Virus record (IMG/VR): IMGVR_UViG_2541047953_000002
DNA: 28,241 bases
Strand: one strand, 5' to 3'
Source of the DNA: a virus
Taxonomy: Duplodnaviria; Heunggongvirae; Uroviricota; Caudoviricetes
Translations under genes and position numbers: made by a program
Part shown: piece after piece, positions 26,961-28,241 of the stretch
Layout of the letters: each line of letters starts with the position of its first letter
How positions within the stretch are numbered: position 1 is the first letter of the stretch
The notes under the pieces: generated by a model
Told to the model about the DNA's origin: nothing
Database searches by the model: none
Seen by the model: only the letters and a program-made list of their open reading frames with translations

Positions 26961-28241
26961 ATGAAATATCCGACAGGCGTGGAAAACCATGGAGGGAAAT
27001 TACGTATCTGGTTTGTTTATAAAGGCGTAAGAGTCAGGGAAAATCTGGGGGTTCCTGACACAGCAAAAAACAGGCGCGTTGCAGGTGAACTACGCTCCTC
27101 TGTTTGTTACGCAATAAAAACTGGTGTTTTCGACTATGCAAAACAGTTTCCCTCCTCACGCAATCTGGAAAAATTTGGTGAGGCCCGACAAGATTTAACC
27201 ATAAAAGAACTGGCTGAAAAATTTCTGGCACTGAAAGAAACTGAAGTCGCCAAAACATCACTCAACACATACCGTGCCGTCATCAAAAATATCCTGAGCA
27301 TAATCGGTGAAAAAAATCTTGCCTCATCGATTAATAAAGAAAAATTACTGGAGGTTCGTAAAGAGTTACTGACTGGATACCAGATCCCCAAAAGTAACTA
27401 TATTGTTACACAACCAGGGAGATCGGCTGTAACTGTAAATAATTACATGACAAATCTTAACGCCGTGTTCCAGTTTGGTGTTGATAACGGTTACCTGGCA
27501 GATAATCCGTTTAAGGGGATCTCGCCATTAAAGGAATCAAGAACCATTCCGGATCCTCTTTCGCGGGAAGAATTTATCCGTCTTATCGATGCGTGCAGAA
27601 ATCAGCAAGCAAAAAATTTATGGTGTGTTTCTGTTTATACTGGCGTTCGCCCTGGTGAGCTGTGTGCACTTGGATGGGAGGACATAGATCTGAAAAATGG
27701 AACAATGATGATCAGGAGAAATTTAGCAAAAGACCGTTTCACGGTACCAAAAACACAGGCGGGAACCAATCGGGTCATTCATCTTATTAAGCCAGCAATC
27801 GACGCTCTCCGGAGTCAGATGACATTAACGAGACTGAGCAAAGAGCATATCATTGATGTTCACCTCAGAGAGTATGGCAGAACAGAAAAACAAAAATGCA
27901 CCTTTGTTTTTCAACCTGAAGTGTCAGCGAGAGTAAAAAATTATGGTGACCATTTTACCGTTGACTCAATAAGGCAGATGTGGGACGCAGCGATAAAACG
28001 TGCCGGACTCCGCCATCGAAAATCATATCAGTCGAGACATACTTATGCCTGCTGGTCGCTGACAGCTGGTGCTAACCCGGCATTTATAGCAAACCAGATG
28101 GGCCATGCAGATGCGCAAATGGTATTTCAGGTATACGGAAAATGGATGTCTGAAAACAATAATGCACAGGTAGCTTTGTTAAATACACAGTTAAGCGAGT
28201 TTGCCCCAATCATGCCCCATAACGAAGCAATGAAAAATTAA
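26961..28241 (+). CDS. intQ: Tyrosine recombinase / phage integrase (426 aa; alternative start at 26946)
   Basis: ORF track; C-terminal catalytic region with R...HxxR...Y pattern; stop codon is the last three bases of the window. Confidence 0.85.
   Translation: MKYPTGVENHGGKLRIWFVYKGVRVRENLGVPDTAKNRRVAGELRSSVCYAIKTGVFDYAKQFPSSRNLEKFGEARQDLTIKELAEKFLALKETEVAKTSLNTYRAVIKNILSIIGEKNLASSINKEKLLEVRKELLTGYQIPKSNYIVTQPGRSAVTVNNYMTNLNAVFQFGVDNGYLADNPFKGISPLKESRTIPDPLSREEFIRLIDACRNQQAKNLWCVSVYTGVRPGELCALGWEDIDLKNGTMMIRRNLAKDRFTVPKTQAGTNRVIHLIKPAIDALRSQMTLTRLSKEHIIDVHLREYGRTEKQKCTFVFQPEVSARVKNYGDHFTVDSIRQMWDAAIKRAGLRHRKSYQSRHTYACWSLTAGANPAFIANQMGHADAQMVFQVYGKWMSENNNAQVALLNTQLSEFAPIMPHNEAMKN

Overview
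This window is one end of a Qin-like cryptic lambdoid prophage inserted into the MFS transporter gene ydfJ. All calls rest on reading the six-frame ORF track and sequence by eye and on recalled E. coli K-12 and phage lambda sequences; no database search was run. Reading left to right: the 3' part of ydfJ (junction near 1285), ydfK, the orphan invertase pinQ, a Tfa C-terminal remnant fused to a truncated terminase large subunit, Nu1 (nohA) and an apparently intact lambda-type cos site. Then come morons (ynfO, ydfO, gnsB, ynfN, cspI), the lysis cassette (Rz/Rz1, lysozyme, ydfR, holin), cspB/cspF, a PR'-like late promoter with terminator, and antiterminator quuQ. ydfU is split by an IS66-family element with 8-bp target duplications, followed by rem, the relB-relE-hokD operon, ydfV and flxA with a sigma-28 promoter. 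A mosaic region follows: a 437-aa DDE transposase, a 59-aa membrane protein, IS1 with 9-bp duplications, decayed DNA, and a methyltransferase-like operon. The window ends with dicB, ydfD, an 823-aa multidomain DEDDh exonuclease, xis and a tyrosine integrase. No tRNA, rRNA or CRISPR was seen. The most interesting items are the large exonuclease, dicB/ydfD without the dicA/dicC/dicF control region, and the unclassified transposase with its neighbouring small membrane protein.
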